A stretch of 64,000 bases of DNA, taken from Orbicella franksi (Eukaryota). Below, piece after piece: positions 12,479 to 23,839 of the stretch. The translations under genes and the position numbers were made by a program. The stretch is from positions 16,616,001-16,680,000 of the forward strand of contig OZ116703.1 of assembly GCA_964199315.1 (NCBI GenBank), written 5' to 3'. The notes beneath the pieces are model-generated. The model searched no databases. It was not told the origin of the DNA and worked only from the letters and a program-made list of their open reading frames with translations. Each line of letters starts with the position of its first letter. The stretch's first letter is position 1.

Positions 12479-14836
12479 ATGAGGTTTTCAATGCAAACTG
12501 AACTAGGACACGACACTTTCCTGTGCTTTAGAAGACCTTGGAGCCGCATGCCGTGAAAACTTCACACATTTAAAAACGGCTTGAAAATCAGTTACCACGA
12601 GCTACTGCAAATCTAAGCGAAACTGAACTAAGTCTCTCTGAGATCAGAATGTAAACGGTAAGTAGACAATTAAGATTGAATATTTACCATACCTTGGTAT
12701 ATAGTGTAGAAATTTGAGCAAGAAGTCTGTAAAAGGATAGACCTATGAAGGCGTATTTGTCTGGTGAAACCCCAATCTGTTTACCATAATGAAGTGCAAA
12801 ACAAACATTTCGTGTGATCGAGGTTTGCACTTGATTTATTCTGAACATAGTTAATTTCTTAAAAGAACATTTTTAAAAAAAAAGGAAAAAGAGAAATATA
12901 TATTTAATGTCGCGAACGTCTGCGATCCGGCAGTTGATTCTTGGTTAAAATTAGTTGAAAGTAATAATCCCTTTATTAGATTCCAATTGATCAGGAAATA
13001 GTGTTGACAGTTGTTTGTCGACTGCAAATTCTCGCTAATCAGTTCAGACAGGTCTCGTTTCCTAAAGTTTCAGCAAATCATTTTGAACTGCAGTTTTTCG
13101 GGGGCATTAATCTTTCTCTTTTCAGCCTTTTTCAGTATCATCCTTAACGCTGTCATGTTGAACATTTAGGTCATCGAAAAACAACATCAATTTATCACTT
13201 ATTTGGACACACGTAAAAACGCCCTTTGTTCAATTGGATGAAACAACTGATGTCAACGATTTTCTGTGACCTCGCTATAGTTAGCTAGCCTCGCGGGCAC
13301 AATTTCAGTCAAGACGACTTTGGTACGCGCAATCCATGGGTCCTGTATGACAAATATGCGTTGAATTATGCACGAACAATTATTAACAATTACCTTGTGC
13401 CTTTGAACGGAAATACGGACATTCACAGACCGAGAAAACTAGTTGAAAACAAGAAAGCTAGAGTAAATTCGTTTTCCTTTGATTTTAAGATTAATCTAAA
13501 GACCAGGTTCTGAAAACAAAACAGTTTTTTTTTGTACTTTGTTAAAACCTATTTGATTAAAAACTGAGGGTAACTGAGGGGCTCAAAAAAGTCTAGAATA
13601 TCACTGGGAAATTGACCTCTCGATGATGGCTTGATTATTTCCAGCGGGTTCGACACACATATATTGCCAAATGTAAGATATCTTTCCTGGCTTAAAGATG
13701 GAGATGCTGTCAGTTTCACTTGCTTGTATTCTTGTATTTTACAACGAATGAAGCCGTTAAAATCATAAAGTAAGTTCATCACTCTCCTTTTATGCCTCAG
13801 AATGTTTGTTTCACATTTTGCAATTAATTTTGTGTTTTCGACTGTGTTAGATCTTTTCACAAATACACGCCACAAGGGCAGAGGCCGTCAGACTTATCTA
13901 AATCATAGATCATTTCTAAGATTGCTCCTGACATAACTGATCCTATATTGTATTGCGGTAGCACGCAAGCCACACCTTTATAAGTTGAGCATGTCTTGAG
14001 ATGGTTTTTCGCGATTCAATTACACGAACGGATTTCAATTATTTAACTCTGACTGCGAAAAAGTTTTATATTATGACCACAGAGTGGTTTACTTAACAAA
14101 TTGTTTTAAAATTGTTCCCGTCTCCAATTCGAAATCAGGGACCTCTGCTGAATGGTCAACTAAAGTAATGTTTTAACAAATCATTTAGTTGTCCGAAGGC
14201 TCGAAATTGTTGCCCAAACTGTGATTGAAAATCCCACGATATGAGCAAGGGCATTTAAAAGAATAGTGGTTTTGATCATCCGAACATTCGAAAGTGTAAA
14301 GTTTAGGTCAAGATCGGCAAGTAGACACATTTAACAAACTGATCCATTTGTGAGACGTGTCTGCATTTTATCACAAGGGCTCGTTGATAGGGTGCACCCC
14401 CACACTAGCTAGTTTTTCCCGGTCAGTGCAAATTTTCAGGCATTTCCTTTCCTTTGTAGTTTACAATTTCGTTACTGTTTACCGTAAAAGCTCGATTTGA
14501 ATCGGTGTTGATGTCTGTCGTGTACCAACCATGGCTAATTTCGCCCGTGAGATGAAACATTCAGTGTACATGACCTCAGGACAGACCAATGTAGTAATTT
14601 CAGTCACTGACTCCATTGCAGTATATTAAAGGTTGGTTTACCACATAATTATTAGCGATTGCTTAAACTGTATATGATTTCTAGATTTCGAGACGTTTAT
14701 TTTGCACACTAAAGCCGCAGACTAAAGCTCCTAAACTGTAGTTGATTCTACGATCAAGGCTGAACCGGTTTTCAAATTTCTTTGCAACTGTGAGTTCGTC
14801 ATTCCCAACAATGATTTTCAAATCGGCCTTTAGGGT

Positions 14837-15029
14837 CGCATTTTACAAACTTAAACTCATTGCATCGATCCTTTCTCTCTGCAGTTAAAACATGATAAAG
14901 TACTCTTCTGTCGGATAAATCTGTTTAGGGGCGCACTTTACAAACTTAAACACATTGCATTGATTCTTTTTCTCTGCAATTTAAAACAGGATAAGGTACT
15001 CTTCTGTCGGATAAATCTGTTTTAGGCGC
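14837..15029. repeat. Tandem duplication, 2 x ~95 bp
   Basis: The unit cgca(t/c)tttacaaacttaaac...gtactcttctgtcggataaatctgttt occurs twice. Confidence 0.9.
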
Positions 15030-16171
15030 CAAGTAGGAATCACGATGTCACGAGTTAGTCATGCCCATGATCACATCTATTTCATTTCCGAATCTAGGAT
15101 GCCAATCGCTAAGAGATCAAGTAGACTTTCTAAATCTCAGTTGACATTGTAATTTCGGACTTCTATCTATGATTCAAGGGTCATGATGATGTGAAAGCCA
15201 GCTGGTGTCGAGTCTTTTTGTCAGTTCCAGTTATATAACTATTCGAAGATCATTAAGTTATCTTGACCTGAGTACTTGGACGACGAAAACTTGGACTATC
15301 TGGTTTGGGTGAGTTGTTATTTATTAGATTCTTTTATTAGTTTTCTGCCTTTTAATACATGAGCCATAACGAAACCATACCAGTCGTAAAAAATCTGGGG
15401 CTGTTTCTACATGGATCTACATACAGTCTATATCTGTATTCCGTAGTACAGTCTGAGCTAAACTTCTAACGTCTTGTGTTACATGCGCATCGAACCATTT
15501 AGCAGAAGTGTACCAGAGGATTTTATTTAATAAACCTTGTACCGCGGTATATTGATTTCAAATTGCTCCTAATAGATAATTATAAGCATAAAAAAAAAAA
15601 AAACAATAAGGTCAAGTTAAGGAGGGACATAAGCACGGCTCTTCGCGTACTTTTTTCCCCGAACAAGATAGTCCCATAATAGTGTTCTCGAGATCCGACA
15701 TCTACATGTAAACTGGCTGAGTTCAGCTGATCCGGCGATCTGATAAAAGTTATTCAACAAGCTATAAATCAGTCATCCTTTTGTTTGAAGCTTGGATAAA
15801 TTCATGCTTGAAACAATGAGAGAATCACATCGCCAGATAAAAGATATTAATTAATATGATCTAGAATCTTTTTTTTCCTAACGGAATACTTGCCTCTAAC
15901 TTGTTTGGCAGTAAGGGAGACGAAGTGCTCTCCCGATCCTTCGTTTTCATATCATCTCGAGTATTTCATCATGATGTTGTGAGGTATTGTGCAAAAACGT
16001 CATCTGACTTCTAGTCAAAATCCCAACGTCTTTATAATCTTTAAACGTACGTCTATGCACGTTTATGACCATCTGAATATTATGAACGTTACTTATACTA
16101 CATAACCTTTGATAACATTTCTCATACTTAAAATCATTTCTATTTCAATGAGTGCAAGAGATGGTCTCTCG

Positions 16172-16242
16172 ATGAGTCATTACATATAGTACAAGGTTAT
16201 GTAATGACTCATAAGCATGAGTCATAACGTATAGTACAAGGT
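16172..16242. promoter_or_regulatory. Cluster of three perfect ATGASTCAT (AP-1/TRE) sites in an inverted plus direct repeat
   Basis: Sites at 16172-16180, 16204-16212 and 16217-16225. Perfect 15-bp inverted repeat 16172-16186/16198-16212. Segment 16217-16242 directly repeats 16172-16197. Regulatory function is inferred. Confidence 0.4.
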
Positions 16243-16914
16243 CTTCGCTCGTCTTCAGTTTATGCCACCTAGCACTCAAAGATTGAATAGAAAGACCCAC
16301 GCAATCTCTGTGGAAATTCAACATGACTGAGAGAAAAATCGGTCTTCCTTCTAGGCCTTGAATTAATTGTCAAGGCGCTATAGCTGCAATAAATTAAAGG
16401 GGCTCTACTCATGTCGGGGTAAAGCATAATTCGTGCAGGAGCATTGTAAAAGATTAACCTATTCGTGGGCCTCCATTGAAGTGGCATTAAATGAAATAAC
16501 TGTTGAGATTTTAAATGATAGAGGAGCTTACTGCACAACACTGAATTGACCTTTGTTCTAAGCCCTCACTAACTTCGTAACTGAGGAAGAACAGGCCAAT
16601 GCAATTCACTTGGAGCTGCTATAATTGTGTGCAAACGGAAGAATCTTAGTCGAAAGCATAAAAACCTATCCTAAATTTAGTGAGGGCAAAAAGCTTGCAA
16701 AAAAATATATATAATTTCCAGCGCAAAGAAATGGGTCGTAATTTGATATTCATATGATAATGATTTAATAATTTTCTCGGTAATTGCTGAATTAGTTTAC
16801 TTAGGTAATATACAATAGATTCTTTAAAATTTTCTGTATTGACTAATTAATCCTGAAGTCTTAAACGAGCCGAGCGATAAATTCTGCCCATGTTGGTAAA
16901 TTATACTGTTCTAT

Positions 16915-17245
16915 CCCATGATCCTGGCAGTATTATGCATATCATGAGGTCATTTGCTCGACACGAAAGTTTATTCTAATGTTAGAGAGTTAAGTCCAGG
17001 CAACTGCTACGTGAAATAACTTACTAAAGGCGATGGCGTCCTAGTGGTATTATGCACACAGATTATTTTCTCGACAAGAAAAAGTTAGAGTAAGTCTGGG
17101 CAACTGCTACGTCGAATAACTCACTATGTGCACTGACGTCCTAGTAATTTTATGCACATAGGTCAATGTCTGGACAAGAACGTAAATTCTAACGTTAGAG
17201 AGTCATCTGGGCAACTCAGCTAGGTGAAAAAGCTTACTACGTAAG
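16915..17245. repeat. Degenerate tandem array, ~3 units of 100-110 bp
   Basis: Anchor GGCAACT at 16999, 17099 and 17210, with shared gttagag, gtcctagt and ttatgca blocks. Confidence 0.8.
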
Positions 17246-17937
17246 TTGACCATATAAACAAACAGTGTGACTTGGGAGGTTTTTGATGTTATTCCTTTGC
17301 AGCTACAGTAACTAATAAATACACACACGGGCATACTATTTTCTTGAGCATGGTGAGAAATGTTCAGGACTGAATGCTTAGCAACTGAACCGGTATTAGT
17401 ATTTTGGTATTTTGAGAGTGAGATTTAGGATAAAGATGTCTGTCGATCGTTTGATAGAAAAAACTTATAGTATTATATTATCTTAAACAGAACATCCTCT
17501 CAATCTTTACGAACAGACAACTACGGCGCCAGCCATTCTGTAGGGTTTTGCTTTACATAAGAGCGTTCAGGGAGGAAAATCCCCATAGAGTTTACACTAC
17601 TTCCATACTCTGTGTGTTCATGCTTCTGAAATCATCCTGAGCGGGTGCTTAATTAGCATACCCCGGAATACAGTACGTCAGTCTGAAGTAGTCTCAGTGT
17701 TCTCGAATTTCTTCTAGTACATCGATTTACTCCAGTGCCGATAACTCAGAAAATTATACCCCGAGTTCATAACATCGGGCAAGTCTCAGAGCCAGAATTA
17801 TATCATAGTTTATAGGGGGGGAATCGTTATGAAAGCAGAAAAAGTTCTTTGTTGCATGCTTTTGTTAACTTTTTTGGCCTTGACCCGCGGCGTGCTCAAA
17901 ACACAGTAGCTGATTACTTCTGAATGAGGAACTAACC

Positions 17938-18094
17938 AAGAGACTACTTTCGATATATTAAAATTCAGCTTGGCAGTGAGGCTTAGAGGACACAAACAAA
18001 GGAACCTGAATCACCATGTTTATTCATTTCTTTAGTTTGAGTCCTCTAAGGCTCACTATGAAGCTGAATTTTAATATATCAAAAGTGGCCTATT
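17938..18094. mobile_element. Fold-back MITE with ~45-bp inverted arms
   Basis: 17946-17991 and 18041-18086 are reverse complements at about 41/45. The right end is ggcctatt and the left end is degenerate. Confidence 0.7.
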
Positions 18095-18691
18095 GGAACG
18101 TTTTGGTTACATAATTCATGCGCATGGTGTATGACTGGCCGCAAAACAAAAGATTGTGCACAGTCGTGGACCTTCCTGCATACTTGCCATCTTTGTTTGT
18201 TCATTTGATGTTTGGCGGGCTTCACAACCATTCCTCTCTGTTAACTATGGTTATATTTACTAAATCAATCCTTTCAAACAATTCATTGTTTTTGCAGAAC
18301 TGAAAACACTCTAACACGAGGCAACATCTACCGATCAAGAAGCCACTGATGGGCTCACAACCGTCGTGTATGGTTCAACCCAACGTATTCCTACACAGCG
18401 GAAATGCATCTCGTAAGGAAATGACATCTATCGCTAACCAAAAGTTGAGATTATCAACAAATAATTTTTTGTATTATCATTATCTTTTTTTTTTTTACAC
18501 TTTGTTACTTACACTTACACTTACACTTACTTAAAATACGACATTACAAACTGAAATACTTAATTACTGCATGCATTGGGTTCATTAAGTATGTAAGATT
18601 GCACAAGAACACATTAATTTACTAGCACGTTACCAAATGCTTGGTCAGAGGGTAGAAGCAGATAAAAATAGGTCAGACTTTGTTAGCTGGG

Positions 18692-18820
18692 TAGCCTGCG
18701 TAGGAAGCATTTTCACATTTGGACATGACAAAAATTGAAAAAAGTGGAAAAAGGCGCGGCCATTGATCTGTGCACAAATTCTCAGCTTTATTCGAACAGG
18801 AACGCTTCCTACGAAGGCTT
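18692..18820. mobile_element. Short MITE (TAGCCTGCG-type termini)
   Basis: Left end tagcctgcgtaggaagcatt versus the reverse complement of the right end aagccttcgtaggaagcgtt. Confidence 0.6.
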
Positions 18821-20298
18821 TTAGGTGGAGTAAATCCTTCACAAGAAGAAGTGGACACAAAATATTATTAAGCCTTCTTCAAATACTAAAACACACGCTC
18901 CCACAGTACACGGCTAAAACCCGAGACGGGCCATGACACAGAAAGTACATCCAGTCTCATCAAGCACAAAGTACATTGTTAATCAGTAGTAACCATGTTC
19001 ATCTTTCCACCTTGGTCATCTTTCCTTAAGCTTGACAAGCTTTTCTTCTTCATTCTCTTTAAGTCCTTTATTGTCTCATTCAGATGTCTCACAGGCATAA
19101 CCTACCAGCTTGATCTCAGGTTTTCCAGGCATGGTTAGAAAAGAGGAGGAAAGAGATTATAAAAAGAAACAAAATATTTGGTGGATAGTTGAAAGTTTTA
19201 ATATGAACAGAAATCCCCGCAGGCCCGCAGGGAAGAATCTTTCAAGAGTCGAGATTTGCAAGTCAGACAATCTGTCTTAATTGAATTTCCTGGTATCAAA
19301 CTGGATGATCTGCTGTTATTCTCGCTGACAATAATAAACCAATCCAGGCGACTTGCAGAACGTTCGAACTCTCGATTGAATTCCGCTTCTCCCAATTCCA
19401 CCTCAGTTTCAGGAGAAGCGCGATGCAAAGACTGATGGGCTGGAATTTTAGAGAAAACCTTTTCGAAGGCCCTCAGAAAGCGTAAATTAAATCATATTGT
19501 CAGACAGAGCGACAGCAGGGCGTGTGGTCTTAGGTTTTAAATCTCTCAGATCCAAGAAGCGATAGGGAAAATATTCTAGCAATTTAATTGTGAAAGTGAG
19601 TGCTAAATCCAGATGCGCACAGCGATTTCTAAGTCACAGACATGCTTCTGGGCACGGCAACATAAGTCGAGAGCTGTAAGTGTTACCCTTGAAAAAGAGC
19701 TTGCATTTCGCGTTTATACTATCATCGCAGATGAATAGTGGATAAGACCTTGATTTATTGCCGCTTTTAAAATAGAACAAGTAATAAGCAGCGACATCAA
19801 CTCCCAAATCCCTGTAATGAAACTTTATCAAATGTACCCATAACAGCTATTTGTTAGGGTTCGATATCAAGATTGGTAATAGCACTGAAAAGCGCTTACT
19901 GTCTAATCTCTCTTTACCAATCTGCGCAGTGGTAATCATACACTACCAAATTGTTTACACAACAGCTAAGCGTGTAGTATAAACAACCCGAATCGCAAAC
20001 AATTACCAATTAGCCCGCCAAGTAGACAATCGTGCAAAAGTGCGGCTCCGGCCGCCCATGTGTCGAGTGATCTTTGTGGCGTCGGGACATGAGCTTATCA
20101 GCTCTAATTACTTTTGGCGTAATTAGATAATTGGACAGCTGACTTGACGGCTTGTTAGTCATCTCTGCCTGCCTTGCCTGCCAGTGGCCATGGTCTTATG
20201 TTTCTGTTAACAACTAGCATTGCTGTCCTAACGAGGCGCCTAAAGCTTCGGCGCGTAATCAATCCTTCCCTTCTGACGGAAACGAACGCGCGCGTTTT

Positions 20299-20335
20299 TA
20301 TAAAGCGCACCTCGGGAGTGTTACCTCACTCATTT
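20299..20335 (+). promoter_or_regulatory. Candidate core promoter of gene 2 (TATA box plus Inr)
   Basis: TATAAA at 20299-20304 and Inr-like TCATTT at 20330-20335 (A about 33 nt from the TATA start), about 38 nt before the ATG. Confidence 0.5.
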
Positions 20336-20369
20336 TGGCGCCGGCTTCCACGGGAGCAAGACAGGGATT

Positions 20370-20565
20370 ATGAATTTTCATCCTGCAACGTTTAATCTCA
20401 TGTTGTCTGAAGGCGAATCCTATGCGCACGCAGCTGGTGGAAATGTTCGCTACTCGTGCGCGACAAACGCTGGAGCAGATGCAAATTTATTCCAATACCC
20501 AGTCACTCTTGGTAGCCTAGCAGACTTGAGTTCCGACTCCGAAGTTGAAATAATCGAAGCCATAG
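20370..20565 (+). CDS. Uncx: Uncx/unc-4 homeobox gene 2, exon 1 of 3 (join 20370-20565,20729-20886,23126-23839; 355 aa)
   Basis: ATG 20370. Phase-1 donor ATAG|gtatgc and a 163-nt intron join in frame to exon 2. Confidence 0.8.
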
Positions 20566-20728
20566 GTATGCATATTTTGAAAATACCTTTGTTTGTAAAG
20601 TCGCGCGTCTCGCACTACATGACTGTCCATACGCGCTCTCGCGGCCTCCTAGCATATCGGTGAACAAAGTTAACGGATAAATCTCTTTCTGTTCCTTTTT
20701 TTTGCTTCGATGCGATGCCATCCTGTAG

Positions 20729-20886
20729 AAATTCCTATCTTACCCAAGAAGCGAAGAAGCAGGACGAATTTCGACGCTTGGCAACTCGGCGAGCTTGAGA
20801 AGGTCTTCAGGAGAACACAGTATCCAGACGTATTCACGAGAGAAGCACTCGCCCTGAAGCTGGACTTACTCGAGTCAAGAGTTCAG
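20729..20886 (+). CDS. Uncx: Uncx gene 2, exon 2 (homeodomain 1-46)
   Basis: Acceptor cctgtag| and donor GTTCAG|gtgagg. [46 protein letters not shown] carries the unc-4 signatures RTNFxxWQL and REALALxLDL. Confidence 0.93.
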
Positions 20887-22699
20887 GTGAGGAGAAAACA
20901 AATGTCGCTAAAATATTCAAGCCACATTACTTGTGGCCCTTGTGTTATTGCTGGCCGGGCATATTGTTATTGTGTTTGCAGTCTTAGTTGTGGCTTCGCC
21001 AGCACAAGAACTTCAGAGCTCCATCAGATTTCCACCTTAATTTTCGTCCGTATTAGAATATCGGTACTTTTTCGTTTAGTAGTCGGGTTATGATGAGCTG
21101 TACAGATCTTTGGCTAGCATTTGGTTTGAAAACAAAGTTCGCACAATACAATTTGTAACAGATGCCGGACCGATAATTCTCTTAACACGTTTCGCAAGTT
21201 ACCTCAGTTATTTTTCACACTAGTCAACTGAACGATGAACAGACTCTTGAGCTTAGTGCAAAACTCTAAGACTTTCTTGGCCTAGAAACGCTCCTTTTTC
21301 TCAAAACAATACCCGGAATCGGCATTTCTCTTACCTTTCATTCTTTCTCAGTTCGTAATAGTCGGATAAGTCAAGCATTAGAAAGTTTTAGAACAGAAGG
21401 TTGATTTATGGTTGGGAACGAAGAGGACACCCAACTGAGATGGTTCCTGTCGTGTTCCTCGATTTACACACCTAATTGAATTTAGCCAGTTGTTACCAAC
21501 CACTTTTTGTCAATAGGCGATTAAATAATTCCTCTATTTGGCCATCTAAAGACAGTGTTCTACCACAGTTGCACGCCATGTTTCCGCCCAGAGCTTGCAG
21601 TAGAGTTTAAAATAAGCAGTGGAAGCCATTTTGTGATAGCGTTTCTGTTATCGCACAGAGCTCGTAATGGCGAAAATTTTACTGGCGACTCCAAGTCGCC
21701 AACAGCTTCCGTTTTGCGCGTCCGAGACACGGCTTCGTGCAGAGATTTCGTCTCGTTTTCCTTGAAATTTCAAGGCATAAACTTAAAAAACTAGTGCGAA
21801 AGGAAAGCAACGCAGCTACTAAATCGAGAAAACACTTTGCTGTAGATTCGAAGATGTGGTTTTATTTGTTCGTTAGTTGAGGGTGTGAGATTTAGCAGCA
21901 TACGTGTCTGAGATGGATGAGAATTTAAACCAGTTCCCACCTTGCCAGCTAATCAATAAATAAATTGTCTGTCGGGTTTCAAACTGTTTAAATTGTGCGA
22001 AGAATTTCTGAAGTTTGGTTTTGTGAAGTGCTTTTTGGTTTTAAAGGAATGTTTTTGGGGCGCGCTGGTTTAGAATCCGGCGTTTCGTTCATCTCCTTTA
22101 ACGCCTTTAAACGGTGTTAAAACCTTCATTGTTAAGCACTCTTTAGAAGCTCTAATTGACTAAGAAACCACAGTTCTCCGATGATTAATGCTGCTGCCGA
22201 TCTTCAAATATTTCTCGACCGTCCAACGCTGTAAGCATGCAAACAAATTGTAGTTAATGGCTTAGCCATTCACCTTTAAACAACAGCACTTCACACGCAA
22301 AACATAACAAAGTTGTGAGTGTGATATAATTTGCTTTATAGTAGGCCATGGTGGGAAACATTTTCCCTGCAAATGGCTCCTCTGATGGGAATTACTTCCT
22401 CAGTTTAACCTCGAAGGTTTTTGCTTGTCAAAGCATAATAAATTACTGTGAGTAGGGTCACGATTGATTAATGTGCTGTAGAAAGAGGAAGCCGTTACTT
22501 TTATCTCCTCGAGCGCATGTTAAGATTCTTGGTCTTATGTTTTTGCACATGGCCACATTTTTTGGCAGAAGTGGCTTAAGTTGAATACGATTAAGTTTGC
22601 TACCAAAAAAATGCTTAGAGTTTGGTTTGTACAATTGGATGTGTAAACACGTTTGAAGCGATGAAAACGTCGAGTTTTGTTTACATACGTTGTAAAGTT

Positions 22700-23141
22700 A
22701 TATGGTCTCGTGGGTTAGATTAGAGACAAGAGTAGTAGATTTAAATTCTCGCAAAAATGATTTATATTTGAGCTGTCTTAAAATTTAATAAATGAAGAAT
22801 GTGTCCATTGTTGTTTGCTGTAACTGGTTTAGTTTTTGTCTTCGTGTGGCATTGTGTTTGCTTCTGCACTAAAATGGGTTCTCCCTTGAAAATTTCAGTT
22901 CTGGTTTCAAAACAAACTTATGCGTCCCGTGGGTTAGATTAGAAACTAGGGTAGTATATTTAAATCCTCACAGAAATGATTTAGGATTTAGTTGTCTTAA
23001 AATTAAGTAAATTAAGATTGAAAAATATGTCCAGTGTTGTTGCTTGCCGTGATTGGTTTAGTTTTTGTCTTCGCTTTGCATTGTGTGCTTTTGCACTAAA
23101 ATGGGTTCTGCCTTGAACATTTCAGGTCTGGTTTCAAAACA
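22700..23141 (+). repeat. Tandem duplication (~220 bp x 2) that includes the intron-2 acceptor and the first ~16 nt of exon 3 of gene 2
   Basis: Copy 1 ends atttcag|ttctggtttcaaaac (AG at 22897-22898). Copy 2 ends atttcag|gtctggtttcaaaac (AG at 23124-23125). Confidence 0.92.
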
Positions 23142-23839
23142 GGAGAGCAAAACTGCGAAGAGAAGAGAAAACCAAAGCGAGACCTGGCAGGAGAGAGAAG
23201 AGTGAGGTTGAAAAATCAGCTGTGACGTTGAAAATTCTCGAAGTGTTCGACAGGGAGTTGACTTCAGGGAACAATTCCGAGGAAACTGAACCTCTCTCTC
23301 CACGGAGTGTGGAGAACAATGCACAGCCATCGCTCTCATCGCACTCTTTCAGCATCGAGAGCATCCTGTCACGAAAAGACCCTCCACATCCACAAACTGA
23401 AAAACACACCACTGTTTCCCAGAATATCGGCAAAAGCTTTCGAATCGAACAACTCATCGACGCGACTAAAGCAATGCAAGATAGAGTGACTGACAAGAAG
23501 GGTTCTTCTACTGGTCAAGTGAAGCCTGCATCTGTCACGACTTCTTTAACAAACACTAATTTAAATAAAGCAGCCAACGCTAAAGGGAGAGAAATAGAGA
23601 AAAAGAAAGTCCAGGGTGACGCCACAAACATTTGCGCTGAAAAAGCCACAGTGCTGGCACCATTTTATGTTCCTATGGCAAGACATTGTGGTTCATATCA
23701 GAAGTTACCCGAAAGATACGTCCACGCAGAAAATGTGTCACCTTACAATGCTGAAATGTTTGAAAACTTTCGTAGCTCCAGTATTTTACGATTGAGAACG
23801 AAAGCAGAGGAACATCTGAAGCAACTTCGAGTTTCTTAG
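23126..23839 (+). CDS. Uncx: Uncx gene 2, exon 3 (helix 3, two eh1-like motifs, OAR motif)
   Basis: VWFQNRRAKLRREEKTKARPGR, which resembles the post-homeodomain KKGPGRP of Uncx. FSIESIL at 23348-23368, FRIEQLI at 23438-23458, RSSSILRLRTKAEEH at 23771-23815. In frame with ORF 23222-23839. Confidence 0.93.
   Translation, partial: VWFQNRRAKLRREEKTKARPGRREKSEVEKSAVTLKILEVFDRELTSGNNSEETEPLSPRSVENNAQPSLSSHSFSIESILSRKDPPHPQTEKHTTVSQNIGKSFRIEQLIDATKAMQDRVTDKKGSSTGQVKPASVTTSLTNTNLNKAANAKGREIEKKKVQGDATNICAEKATVLAPFYVPMARHCGSYQKLPERYVHAENVSPYNAEMFENFRSSSILRLRTKAEEHLKQLRVS

Noticed and set aside
16915-17245. CRISPR-like array
   Set aside because: Eukaryotic context, and whole units are degenerate copies with no constant repeat and unique spacer pattern.
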